Positions 63,314-64,000 of a DNA stretch of 64,000 bases are shown here, piece after piece (position 1 is the first letter of the stretch; each line of letters begins with the position of its first letter). A program made the translations under genes and the position numbers. The notes under the pieces are model-generated. The model was given only the letters and a program-made list of their open reading frames with translations. It searched no databases and had not been told where the DNA came from. The stretch comes from Octopus bimaculoides (taxonomy: Eukaryota). The stretch lies in assembly GCF_001194135.2 (NCBI RefSeq), contig NC_068982.1:44833775-44897774 (forward strand), written 5' to 3'.

Positions 63314-64000
63314 CTTTTATATCCACTTTTTTTATGCTTGCATGTGTTGGGTGAGTCTTCTCCAGGTCAGTGTCTTGCTACTTGTCCCCTGTCCCATGTC
63401 TCCTCTCCTCAGTCACCCTGTTCTAAAGGTTCCTTCCTTCTGAATTGCTACAAAATCCATAAAGTCTACTCTCTTTCCAAGTGGGAAGGTAATCTATTTG
63501 ATGCCAGAACTAATAGAAGTTCCTTAAACATCTTCCATCCTATTCTTATTCACTCATTTCTACGTTTTCGAAATATTTATCTCCACTGTCCCCTTGGTAA
63601 CAGAAGTTAACCACTACTTCAATGGAACCTTCTGAACATGGAAACTTCCTTCTCTGCCAGCTTGCCTGTAATCTTACTTCATTGCTTGTGCACCCATAGT
63701 ATGCATTGGTAACATCATATGGAATTCCAGCCCAATCTTTTCATGCATTTCAAGTGTGGCCACTCCCCAAACACCAGAAGGGTCCTCTTCTTCATTTCTG
63801 CTTACTAATTATTTTTTTTTTGTTCTTGTTCAAGCTTATCTGAAGGACTGTTGATTTGAAGCTTTGCTTCCCTGTTTGGAATCTTTGACAGATTCATTTG
63901 TGGGAACTTGATGATTGGCATACAAAAGAGTACCCTGGAAGAGTCTGTCTCAAACTTCTTTGTAAAAGCCTAAACAACCTTGCTGGCTACATCTCTGTAA
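63268..64000 (-). mobile_element. RTE-clade LINE remnant running off the window end
   Basis: LLYAN(H) in place of LLYADD; EWPH..C.KRLGWNSI*CYQCILWVHK Cys/His segment; VVNFCYQGD; IGWKMFKELL; tail ccaacacatgcaagcat..aaagtggatataaaa(gat)n. Confidence 0.85.

Overview
Eukaryotic, AT-rich, microsatellite-saturated draft-assembly DNA with six large N gaps. I found no intact protein-coding gene, rRNA, genuine tRNA or CRISPR array, and almost all listed ORFs are microsatellite or N-gap artefacts. The repeat content fits a coleoid cephalopod (Octopus-like) intron or intergenic region; this is an inference, not a search result. The window holds dozens of tRNA-derived SINE copies (families A-G below are my working labels). 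It also holds decayed LINEs (three RTE-clade, one R4/Dong-clade), a Penelope-like GIY-YIG remnant, and decayed DNA transposons (two mariner, one maT/DD37D Tc1-like, one internally deleted piggyBac). There are several MITEs and a few weak candidate host exons. Most notable: (1) minimal Penelope-type hammerhead ribozyme motifs, one nearly intact at 1438-1478 and others at the centre of ~100-120 bp foldback dyads; (2) a Dong/R4 fragment inserted in a SINE (TAA)n tail; (3) head-to-tail SINE arrays and SINE head/tail swapping; (4) a pre-miRNA-like hairpin next to a diverged 122-nt duplicated element; (5) a 218-bp block-structured foldback. Interspersed-repeat boundaries were read by eye (about +/-15 bp) unless TSDs or arms are quoted.
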